From assembly GCA_024626585.2 (NCBI GenBank), contig JANKJI020000002.1, positions 69,466,598-69,487,802 on the forward strand: DNA of 21,205 nucleotides, read 5' to 3'. This document shows positions 11,658 to 21,205 of this stretch, in pieces. The notes beneath the pieces were generated by a model. The model was not told where the DNA came from. It worked only from the letters and a program-made list of their open reading frames with translations, and searched no databases. A program made the position numbers and the translations under genes. The stretch is from Ginkgo biloba (taxonomy: Eukaryota > Plantae > Ginkgophyta). Numbering within the stretch: position 1 is the stretch's first letter; each line of letters starts with the position of its first letter.

Positions 11658-11801
11658 GCTTCCATTTACACAGCTTTGGAAGATGCAGTATCTAGTGTAA
11701 AACAATCAAGATGCAGTGGACAGGATGAACATGTTCCATTTGTTGGAGCAGCCATAGCTGTCAGCATTTTTGACAAAGACTTGGGGTTAAACAGGTCCAA
11801 G
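11658..11801 (+). CDS. Candidate 144-bp internal exon of an unidentified gene or captured gene fragment, antisense to the PK exon
   Basis: gtgtgcAG | GCT…AAG | GTttgt, phase 0 at both ends, 48 open codons: ASIYTALEDAVSSVKQSRCSGQDEHVPFVGAAIAVSIFDKDLGLNRSK. Flanked by T-rich plant-intron-like sequence. Protein family not recognised. Confidence 0.45.
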
Positions 11802-12840
11802 GTTTGTCTATTTATGCATTTCACCATACTTGCAATTTAGTTCACTCTTGAATATTCAGAAGAAAAATAAAACAATTTTTAGGAGGCAATATGATTTTGC
11901 TTTCCAGTCTTATATAGTTTTCTTTTGGTCCCAAAGACACCAAATTGCTATTTAGTTATTTTTTACAGTGAACATGTTCCTAACACTTGGTCACAATTCC
12001 TTGTAATGTTGACAGCCCTTCCAATGCCAAATCCATTCACAGTCCTTGTCTGATGCAAAACACGGCCCCCATATCCATCAACTCGTGGTACACTTTGTTA
12101 ACCGTTTAGAAGGCAAAGAATGGTAGAAACTGACGCCGACCATCAGTTGCCTAATTTTTGAAAAGGAGCAATACACCTCAAATGGCACCATTTAGTTCAA
12201 AATTCAGACCATGTTCAATGATGCCAAGCCTACTAGTAAGATGGTTGAAATGTTTTGGCAAATCACAAGAATGTATTTTGCCAAATCCAAAACGTTCCAG
12301 CAAGCCCTGTGAATGCTTTGCGTGATTTTCCAAGTTGCCTATGGAACCTGAAAAAGTCATCTAAACCAAAAACACAAGCCAACATGCTATCATTTACTCA
12401 AGGTGGGTGCATAATCATCATGTCAACACCGAACTCATGAATACCTAGTGAATTGCATAGACCCCCACTATTGTTAGTTGTCTTTGAGAGAGGATCCACT
12501 TGAGCCACCAAGGTTAACTTTAACTCTAATTTTTGGGCACCTTCTTTATATTCTTTAGCTCTCTATTTTTCTTGCAAACTTACCATCCACCATGGATTTG
12601 TGAATTTACATGGTGGGGGGAACCTAAGATATTTTTTGGTTGGTCTACGTGTTGAGACTTCAACCTCATGGAGATTTGAGTTAGTGATAAGGATTTTTCC
12701 CCTCCATTTTCCTCACGGTGAATCTTTTGGGTCTCATTCCTGAGATCTCACGCAATTGCACTATGTGGTACGATCACAAAGGCTCTTAGGCTCTCTTTGG
12801 GCTGGCTCTTATGTTTTTTTTGTATTAAGGTGGGACTTGT

Positions 12841-13200
12841 GGGGAGGACCCCTAAGGATCCCCCCACGTGATGTTAATGCAGGTCTTTGCTAGTCGCCCC
12901 CCTACTTTCCCTAATTTCATTTGAGTCTTGAGGGGAGGAGCCCTAAGGGACTTCCATTTGACACCATCGTAGGGTCTTTGGGAGCCCACACCTTTTTAAC
13001 CTTTACTTTTACTTTAAGGAGGTCACTAAGGGGAGGATCCCTAAGTTTATGACATGTGTTTCCATTATGTAAGCCTAGGGATCATGACTATTTTAAAATC
13101 CCAAAGAATCCTTGACCACTGGCGATGGAGAGGAGGCTTAGGATCACACCACGTGATGTGATCTCAGGCTTCACAGGGCCACCATAATTTTCCCCTAAAA
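12841..13200. repeat. Diverged tandem array with a ~90-98 bp unit and about 4 copies
   Basis: Unit heads GGGGAGGACCCCTAAGG (12841), GGGGAGGAGCCCTAAGG (12932), GGGGAGGATCCCTAAG (13030) and GGAGAGGAGGCTTAGG (about 13127). CCACGTGATGT is shared by units 1 and 4. Confidence 0.7.
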
Positions 13201-14950
13201 ATCCTTCTCCAACATTGGTCAAGGATATCTAACATGATGTTTCCATGCATCACTCCCTTGNNNNNNNNNNNNNNNNNNNNNNNNNNNNNNNNNNNNNNNN
13301 NNNNNNNNNNNNNNNNNNNNNNNNNNNNNNNNNNNNNNNNNNNNNNNNNNNNNNNNNNNNTGTAAGAGTTAATGGGACTATGTTCTGCAATAATATGAGA
13401 GTCTAAGACAGTGCTTGCTCTGAGTGTAGAAGCTCAAGATCTGATGCTTGAATCTCCTTAGACAAATCACCCTCGTAAATCAAGTTTTGTAAGAGCTCAA
13501 TTTCTGTAGTAATTCTTAATAACAATCAACTGAGCAAATAACAATTGAATTTCTGCACAAAGAATTATATTGAAAGAAGTGTTGAAATTCTAGAGAAGTG
13601 TTGAAAACTCAAATTTGAAATGTTAAAATACAGCAACCTTCCACATTGGAAGATTATGAGAATGAATTATGGAAATATAGCAAACAAGCTCTCAAGAAAA
13701 ATAGAGCGGCTTGTAGATTTTACAATGAAAATAACAAGAAGCTCTCTCAATTCCTGACTATTATGGAAAACATGGACCCAAGAGGAGTTGGTAGGGAAAC
13801 ACTTGCAATAAGTCATCAATTTGTTTTGAAGATTCTGCAAGGAAGTACAAGATGTCAAGGTTGTTGGAATGGAGAAAGAAGAAGCCACAGATGACAACTT
13901 GAAAGTGTGGTGGGTCCTAAATCAAACATTTAATCTTAAGAAAAATCAGCAAAGCATAAATGAATTCTTCTAGAATGCACATGTAGATTCTAGTGGTTAC
14001 GTCAGGGAGGTAGGCACCAACAGATGTTGGGGCTATGGAATTTGTGGCTCCTGAAGCTAGACAACAAGGGAAAAGGAGGACTAATCCCAATCTTGCGTTG
14101 TTTTGTTATTTGCTCTTCAAAGTTACAGCCATGTGTTAATGTAATAATTCATTATTAGTTAGAGGAAGGTTAGGGAGGTATCAAATGTCAAGGTCTTCAG
14201 GACTTTTGAAGTGATGTAATTTGCCTCTTAAATGAATATAAAATATCCATTTCTTGTATCCCCCAAGAACAATCTTTGAAGATTATGTGTGCAAAACAAG
14301 AATAGCTTGTTTGTTAATCCAAGAAAGAGTAAAGACGGGGATTCTATGAAAACACTGATTTTCCTTGTGAGCACATGAATTCTTGTGTCTCCTTCTTGGG
14401 TGATTGTTCCAAGACTCTTGCTAGGGGTTGCTGTAGCATCTTTAGGGCATTGGTTGATTTTAAAACTTTAGGCTGAATGCCTTTTTGGGATCCAATTGAT
14501 TATTGTATAGGCACTAATAGCTAAGAGTGACCAACAACTAATGGCAAGGGCTGAATTAATTTATGAAGGGAGAGAGTGGCAGCATACAAATATGAATCAA
14601 TTTTTGCTGCCAATCAATGTGGTAAAGCCTCATTCTGTTCGTGTTGGCATTGCTTCCCATTCTGAAATTGCTGCTTTGGAGTTGGAGGTGGATTCAATGA
14701 CAGTTGAAGAGGCTAAGCGAGAACCATGTGAGGACAAAGGGAACCCAGGATTCAGGTATGAAACTTCCTGTGTGAGTTCAACTGGATGAAATTTTGGTTG
14801 ATGAGGAAATTGATAGAACAATGGAACTCTTTGTAATTGGAGTCTGTNNNNNNNNNNNNNNNNNNNNNNNNNNNNNNNNNNNNNNNNNNNNNNNNNNNNN
14901 NNNNNNNNNNNNNNNNNNNNNNNNNNNNNNNNNNNNNNNNNNNNNNNTCA

Positions 14951-15475
14951 TCCTGTTCGTGCTACCATGTTTGTTTCGTGAGCTTACTTCTCCCGTCCCC
15001 GCTCCTATTGCCGCTCCAATCTGGCAATCTTCCTCACTAGATTTTCTAGTGGGCCCTGTGTAATCCTGTGGGCTCCGCTACTTCCGTTTTTGCTCCTATT
15101 CCCATTCCTGTCCCTGCTCCTCGCTCCCATCCCATTCTTGCTACCGTGCTTGTCCCGTGAGCTTCTCGCTCCCGTCTGGTGATTCTCCTCACATGATTTT
15201 GTAGTGGGCCATGCATGATCTTGTGGGCTTCACTCCCACATTCGCCTGTTCGTCCATTTTCACGGTGTTCCCTTGCAACTTAGCCACTTGCTCACAGGTC
15301 CATTTTGGAGACATGGTTCCCCCTTGATATCCCCCTAACTTAGGTGAATCACTCGCCTAGGGAATCCCACCAGTGCTCGTCCTAACTTAGGTGAATTTCT
15401 CAGGTAAATCGCTCGCTTGGGGAATCCCATAGGTGCTCAGGTAAATTGGCTCACTCGCTCAGGCAATGGCTTGCC
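14951..15475 (+). repeat. Tandem repeats in the putative LINE 5' UTR
   Basis: Two diverged units about 180 bp apart (TGCTACC…CGTGAGCTT…CTCCCGT…CCTCAC…GATTTT.TAGTGGGCC…TGTGGGCT, near 14960 and 15139). Shorter units follow: CCTAACTTAGGTGAAT at 15334 and 15381, and GGAATCCCA at 15361 and 15421. Confidence 0.75.
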
Positions 15476-15644
15476 TAGGTGGTTCCCTCGCTTAACCGCC
15501 CAGGATATTTTCTCCACACAACGAATAGTTTTGGATCTGCTCTTTCTCTCTCACTCATCCGGTGGTGGTCTCTATTTGCCCATTCTCTCCAATGGATTCT
15601 TTCCCTAGCAGTCTACTCACAACTTCTATCCAGGGTGTCTGTAA

Positions 15645-16432
15645 TGCACTAAATGGTGGATAAAGACAGACTCTGCTACACTTCGAAGGTTATCACAGCG
15701 GGTTGACACCCTTAAGGGGAAGTTCAACAACCAATGCTAGCTTATTGAAGATTTACAAGGTGTAATTTTGGAATTACAATAGGAGAATGCTTGACTCAAC
15801 GACGCCCTATAGTTCGCTAATCTCATTCATTTGTAGAATGAGATGACAGAATTGAAGATCAAACAAGAGGAAATCATATGCAAACAAGAGGATATGAAAA
15901 ATGAGACAACAGTTAAACAAGAGCAAATCCATAAACAGATTGAAGAACAAAGCTCATGCGTATAGTTTGTTAAGGGAAAAAACCTCCACCGATTGAAATG
16001 GCGATGCAAGCCAAATTTGATGATGAAAGAGCAAGGCAGAGCAAAGCTCTAAACCTCTAGGTTAGAGGGATCCCAAAATCTAGAACTCCCTTGGAAACAA
16101 CTACCAAATTTATCCAAGAGACTTTAGAGCTCTCAAATATCAATCCAAAAAGGGCATGGTTCATCCCGAGCTCCNNNNNNNNNNNNNNNNNNNNNNNNNN
16201 CAAAGACAAATTAACAGTCTTGAGAGCTAAGAGGAAACTCTACCCTCTCAAAAACAAAATTTACTTAGATGAGGATCTCACATGCTTGCAGTTTGAGGAA
16301 CCCAAGAAAGCCAAAACTGAAGTTATCGAGGCTAGGAAGAACAACAAATGGGCTGTAATCTGCAATGGGAGGGATTGGATAAGAGATTCTGCCCCTTCAG
16401 GATGGACTCGATTGTGGCCACCCTCCAATTGA
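15645..16432 (+). pseudogene. LINE ORF1 (coiled coil plus RNA-binding/C-terminal region), inactivated
   Basis: DSATLRRLSQRVDTLKGKFNNQC*LIEDLQGVILELQ*ENA*LNDAL*…EMTELKIKQEE…, then a frameshift to MQAKFDDERARQSKALNL*VRGIP…KDKLTVLRAKRKLYPLKNKIYLDEDLT…ARKNNKWAVI. The N-I-x-V-x-G-I-P and I-Y-L-x-E-D-L-T motifs are typical of LINE ORF1 proteins. Confidence 0.8.
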
Positions 16433-16795
16433 TGTCGGGTCTCGGGGGAGGGGNNNNNNNNNNNNNNNNNNNNNNNNNNNNNNNNNNNNNNNNNNNTTGG
16501 AATTGCAACGTCTTGTTGTGGACTGCAATTGGCACGGTTAAAGATTGTGATTCAAGGGCAGGACATTATCTTTTTCACAGAGACTCATAAGAGTCTTGAG
16601 AGGGCGCTCCCCCTATTTCTGGGTTCTTTTGGTTCTCCACTTTGAGGTTCGAAACAAGGAAGTTTGGAGGGGTTTGGGGCTCTAGTGGGGTGGCCTGCCT
16701 TGTTCGGGATAACCTTTGTAATGTTATTACTCTTGTTGCCACAGATATTCATTGCAAATTCCTTTAGACCAGAGTTCATAGAGGTCCCGACTATG
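16432..16795 (+). pseudogene. LINE ORF2 N-terminus, APE-like endonuclease (frameshifted)
   Basis: WNC (16498-16506), QDIIFFTETH, and GSSGVACLVRD…DIHCKFL*TRV correspond to endonuclease motifs I-III. Two frameshifts. Confidence 0.85.
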
Positions 16796-18842
16796 NNNNN
16801 NNNNNNNNNNNNNNNNNNNNNNNNNNNNNNNNNNNNNNNNNNNNNNNNNNNNNNNNNNNNNNNNNNNNNNNNNNNNNNNNNNNNNNNNNNNNNNNNNNNN
16901 NNNNNNNNNNNNNNNNNNNNNNNNNNNNNNNNNNNNNNNNNNNNNNNNNNNNNNNNNNNNNNNNNNNNNNNNNNNNNNNNNNNNNNNNNNNNNNNNNNNN
17001 NNNNNNNNNNNNNNNNNNNNNNNNNNNNNNNNNNNNNNNNNNNNNNNNNNNNNNNNNNNNNNNNNNNNNNNNNNNNNNNNNNNNNNNNNNNNNNNNNNNN
17101 NNNNNNNNNNNNNNNNNNNNNNNNNNNNNNNNNNNNNNNNNNNNNNNNNNNNNNNNNNNNNNNNNNNNNNNNNNNNNNNNNNNNNNNNNNNNNNNNNNNN
17201 NNNNNNNNNNNNNNNNNNNNNNNNNNNNNNNNNNNNNNNNNNNNNNNNNNNNNNNNNNNNNNNNNNNNNNNNNNNNNNNNNNNNNNNNNNNNNNNNNNNN
17301 NNNNNNNNNNNNNNNNNNNNNNNNNNNNNNNNNNNNNNNNNNNNNNNNNNNNNNNNNNNNNNNNNNNNNNNNNNNNNNNNNNNNNNNNNNNNNNNNNNNN
17401 NNNNNNNNNNNNNNNNNNNNNNNNNNNNNNNNNNNNNNNNNNNNNNNNNNNNNNNNNNNNNNNNNNNNNNNNNNNNNNNNNNNNNNNNNNNNNNNNNNNN
17501 NNNNNNNNNNNNNNNNNNNNNNNNNNNNNNNNNNNNNNNNNNNNNNNNNNNNNNNNNNNNNNNNNNNNNNNNNNNNNNNNNNNNNNNNNNNNNNNNNNNN
17601 NNNNNNTCTACTCAACTTCTCTTGCTTACCCAGAAGATTCCTCTTGTCATTACCTCTCCTTCACTAATGGTTGTATCCTCTCATATCTCTACTACTATCT
17701 CCCTCTATCTTCTTCTCTATTACATCCTTCCTTCTCTTCCTCTCTTCTGTTACACCCCATTTTTTCTCCAAGGGTCTCTCGGTCCTTCCTTCACCTACCA
17801 TTGCAATTATTTCAAAGTTGGTTGGTGCATCATTACTTCCTTCCATTGATCCTCATGCATTTGGAAGGTTCCTTCTTCTTCCTTTCATTTGATATCCACA
17901 TAACTCTCTCACTCTATCTCTAGTTATTAAGCATAAATGATGGTTCCATTAAGTCTTTACCTGCTTCCCTCAATTCTTTTCTTATATGGGTTGTTATCAA
18001 ATGTCATTAGTTCTCTATCAAACCTATTATTACCTTTTAGACCTCTACTCCTCTACTATTCTATCTTCTCTTACTGATGTTAGACACCCTCCTTCTTATC
18101 TTCAATGTTTGTCCTTATCATCCCTCAACCTCCTGGCTGACTCATCCTTTATTTACCTCTTGGCCCATCTATGTTAGCCATCATTGTTGGTCCTTAACAT
18201 TGTTGCGATTTTTCAATGGTATTGGTATGCTCTTCCTTACTTCACCTCCCTCTTGGGTCATTCATTAAGCCCCTTCGTAAGCCACCTTTCAGCATCCAAA
18301 ACTATCTTGTTGATCCTAAAAAATACCTACCACCAATATCATGGGATGCTACTACATCATACGATCCTTCTTATAAAATTGCCTGAGCTCCTTCTCATAA
18401 GCCTCTTCTCCTTATTTAGATCTATTTCACCTGACTCTATTGGCCATCTTTTCTCTATCCTAATGTCATCTTCTGGCTATAATCTCCTTCCATCATGCTA
18501 GGTACTTTTGGCTACTTCTTTCCAACCTATGTTCCATCTCTTCATGCACTTACTCACAGTTCTTTATTTTTGCCTTCATCTTAGTACCTATGATCTCCTC
18601 TATGGGTATTTTCCACTCAAACAACCCAACATGGTCCACATCCTCTAGGCACTGCTTCTCCTCCTCGTCAATAAGGATTCCTCTAAATTTCTTTTAGAGA
18701 TTCTAATTCTATCTCCTTCTAGAAACTACCTTCCATTTCTTTTGATACTTCCTCTTGGTAGTATTGCTCCTTCACTAATGGGTGTCTCCTCTCATATATC
18801 TACTCATCTCTTTGTCTAGTTGCTCCTAATAGTTTTAGCTTT

Positions 18843-19160
18843 TCCTTAAGACAACTTTAGGTTGGTTTATACTAACTTAGAGTTGAGGAAGAACACCATA
18901 TTATGAGAGACAAATAGATCTTTCAGCTATGTTCTTTAGAAGTGGAAATAAAAGAGAATTTTATTTTTATATGTCCAATTTACTATGAGATTAGAGGGAG
19001 ATATTTTTAGGTTTTTAGGGGTGCCAAAAGGTCTTTGTCTATCTTTTTTAGATATAAGTATTAGTGATACTTGGAAATTTTTATCAGAGATTTATTCTCC
19101 TACATATGACATATGTTGAGGAAGAAGTATGGATCAAGACTAATCACTTTATTTTTCTAG
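18843..19160 (+). pseudogene. LINE ORF2 C-terminal Cys-rich (zinc-knuckle-like) region, inactivated
   Basis: SLRQL*VGLY*LRVEEEHHIMRDK*IFQLCSLEVEIKENFIFICPIYYEIRGRYF*VFR…RLITLFF. This matches the LINE ORF2 tail pattern LRxGSHxLxIE…RICxLC…VExEEHFxFxCPxYxEIR. Confidence 0.8.
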
Positions 19161-19905
19161 TAGATTATGGGGCCAAGAAGGCATAATAGCCCCTTTGACC
19201 AAATTGATTCACATAGTACTACTCACAATTTTTAGAGGCATTGCCTAGCATCCAAGATGACTTAACAGGAAACCAGATTGCCCCACAAGTACCCCTATCA
19301 AAATAATAATTTTACCATAGCCCCTCATCAAACCAACCATTTTACCACTTCAGCACAAGGGCGCATTACCAGCTTCTTTATCCCCTCAAGGAGGGGATCT
19401 CTGCCTTAGATGGTAGGAGAGACGCATCCTCATCCTCCTTGCCTACTAGGCTACCCCTAAGGGATAGGCAACAGTCATTCGCCATCCACATGCCACCCAA
19501 ATATATGCAGTTGCACTCCTCCACAACAATCTCTTCACCAGATGACATTCTTTGAGAGGTGTTAGGAGATCTTATAACAATTGACAAGGGTGGTGGTCTC
19601 TGGGCCGAGATTCCCCTTTGGTCTTTGGTCTTTGATCTCCTAGCCTCGAGACACATGACAGTTGCACGACACTTCTTCTTCCACCTATGGCCATCTCTTT
19701 TTTCTCATTTTACACCTATTATATTGTACACTTGCTACACTACATTTACTTTATTACTAGTTAGATGATAGGTTGGAGTTGCTTTAGGCGCACCCTGGAC
19801 TTGTTATACATGTACTTTTTTTTGTATAGTCCCATTGACCTTTTCTGGTCATTGTTTAAAATTTCTTTCTTTTTGTCTTTATTACGTTTCAAGGTATTAC
19901 GATCA

Positions 19906-21205
19906 TTAATTGCATAGCACATGTGCTAATGTTGCATTTTTTCCTTCTTCCAAGGTTAAATCGGTTTGGATTTTCTGGGTTGTAATAGGTCGCTTTTCAC
20001 TTACAAACTTGGTAATAGGTTGGAAGAAGGACGTGATGTATCTAGTCATCATCTGTGTGTCCCTTAGTAATTGTTGTTTAAGGGTAAAAAGCTTCTCGAT
20101 GAAGATTGCTAAACATATGGCATGGATCTGTCCCAATGGAAACCGCAGCCCATGGAACCAATGTCGCTTGAGGTAATTTGTTAGAACAATAACCCCATTT
20201 GAGATAAGAAGAAAATGTTGAGCGTATCAAGTGAGTTTGGAACAAAGGGGTTGGTAGGGAGAAGTCTAAGTGACCTCATCAATATATCGTTTGTAAATGT
20301 TGTCTCAAATGGTATTCTTTATCTCTATCTTAGAAGTAAGGAGATGAGTAGGAGCATCTAGGGACAATCTCATTGGGGATAAGTGGTCTATAGAGATGTC
20401 TAGAGTTTGCAGAATTGCTAAAACCTTTGATGATCAACACCATCTCCTTGTAAAGTGGTCAAAAGACACTAATCTCTGAGATGAACAAACATCAAGATAT
20501 GGATATTTATCTCTCCCAAATGCATTGTTTTCCATATAGAAAACCTTATGGAGATAAGATGTAGATCTCGAGATGTAAGGGGTAGGCTTCAAATTTCTCT
20601 TCAACAATACATTGGGGAACAATGCCCTTGTACTGTATGCTATGTTGGAGCATAACTGTTTTAACTCTGTCAATCTGGGCCCACTTAATAGGTCTAAGGT
20701 ACAAACCCCAAATAGTAGACCCATAAAGCACTGTGGGTTTAACAGTGGAATCAAAGAGCACCGTCTTAAGCAATGTCCTAAAAGTGGAGCTCGAAACACT
20801 GTCTCTCCAAACGTAGAAGTTAGGCTTATTCCTTGCATAGCTAAGAATGGGAAGGCGCTCTCAGATTAAAAGAAAGCCTTATAAATTGGATGGCTAAATA
20901 GTAGTAAGATGTGGCAATGTCCATTACCTAGCCTCTAAANNNNNNNNNNNNNNGTGAAATGGAGTTTAGAAAGAGCCCCCTTTGTTGTGTTTACAACCAT
21001 AACCTTGGTTTTGCTAAGGTTGACTTCCAATTGCTTCTTATCATAGAAGGAGGCGTTGGAGTCTAATTGCTTCCTAAGAACTTTTACTATGAAGAACTAA
21101 AGGACAATATCATCATCAAAGAGGAAAACAAATATAAGGACTTGATGCAAGGTACAACTATCATCTGCATGGTTAGTCTCTTGGAGGTGTTGTTCAAGCT
21201 TATCG
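19906..21205 (-). mobile_element. Decayed LINE ORF2 fragment (RT catalytic core to C-terminus), running off the right edge of the window
   Basis: Minus strand reads LHQVLIFVFLFDDDIVL (decayed LFADD, about 21100-21123), LRKQLD…LEVNLSKTKVMV, SYYYLAIQF, LFDSTVKPTVLYGSTIWG, GRDKYPYL, RHWFHGLRFPLGQI and ICLAIFIEK…RYITSFF. Multiple stops and frameshifts. Confidence 0.88.

Larger units (their letters stand above)
1298..14947. other. Seven 100-N scaffold gaps of unknown true size
   Basis: Exactly 100 N at 1298-1397, 2444-2543, 6940-7039, 9381-9480, 10993-11092, 13261-13360 and 14848-14947. The other N-runs have irregular lengths, consistent with estimated gaps. Confidence 0.85.
14948..19880 (+). mobile_element. 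Near full-length decayed LINE with an APE-type endonuclease; may be a composite of same-family pieces
   Basis: In order on the plus strand: a repeat-rich, C-rich 5' region, coiled-coil ORF1, the endonuclease N-terminus of ORF2, an ~810-N gap, a heavily decayed middle, the Cys-rich ORF2 C-terminus, and a 3' hairpin with a TTTC-like tail. Confidence 0.75.

Noticed and set aside
13646-14789. Possible plant L1 ORF1 remnant (…NLKVWW…; AELIYEGREWQ…NQCGK)
   Set aside because: The resemblance to DUF4283 and the zinc knuckle is faint and fragmented; it needs a profile search.
12841-15475. Spaced short repeats (12841-13200 and 15334-15475) as CRISPR-like arrays
   Set aside because: The units are degenerate tandem repeats with related spacers, in plant nuclear TE context with no cas genes.
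16664-17923. 419-aa and 274-aa ORFs in the track
   Set aside because: Mostly N. The real flanks are out-of-frame readings of LINE ORF2.
20420-20445. ACCTTTGATGAT as the end of the preceding PK exon (…ISSK/gt on the minus strand)
   Set aside because: The upstream codons do not give MLPT, and the site lies inside the LINE ORF2 remnant.

Overview
Eukaryotic nuclear DNA from a land plant, probably one with a large genome (fern- or gymnosperm-like; this is an inference). It comes from a gappy draft assembly: seven N-runs are exactly 100 nt, the usual placeholder for gaps of unknown size. The only confidently recognisable host sequence is one intact 122-bp minus-strand exon of plastidial pyruvate kinase alpha (PKp-alpha/PKP1-like, 6784-6905), with canonical AG/GT sites. 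Neither neighbouring exon is visible, so the window is probably two very long introns filled with decayed transposons. These include a Ty3/gypsy gag remnant, a poly(A) retroposon tail, a hAT/MITE-like end and an LTR element with a tRNA-iMet primer-binding site. There is also a near full-length but dead plus-strand LINE (repeat-rich 5' region, coiled-coil ORF1, APE endonuclease, Cys-rich C-terminus, 3' hairpin), tail-to-tail with a minus-strand LINE fragment carrying the RT core. Points worth a second look are an unidentified intact 144-bp exon-like segment antisense to the PK exon, a TGATG stop-start overlap between LINE ORF1 and ORF2, and a decayed ~300-codon frame of unknown family at the left edge. 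I found no convincing evidence of a new intact multi-gene system. All family assignments are from motif recognition by eye, not database searches.
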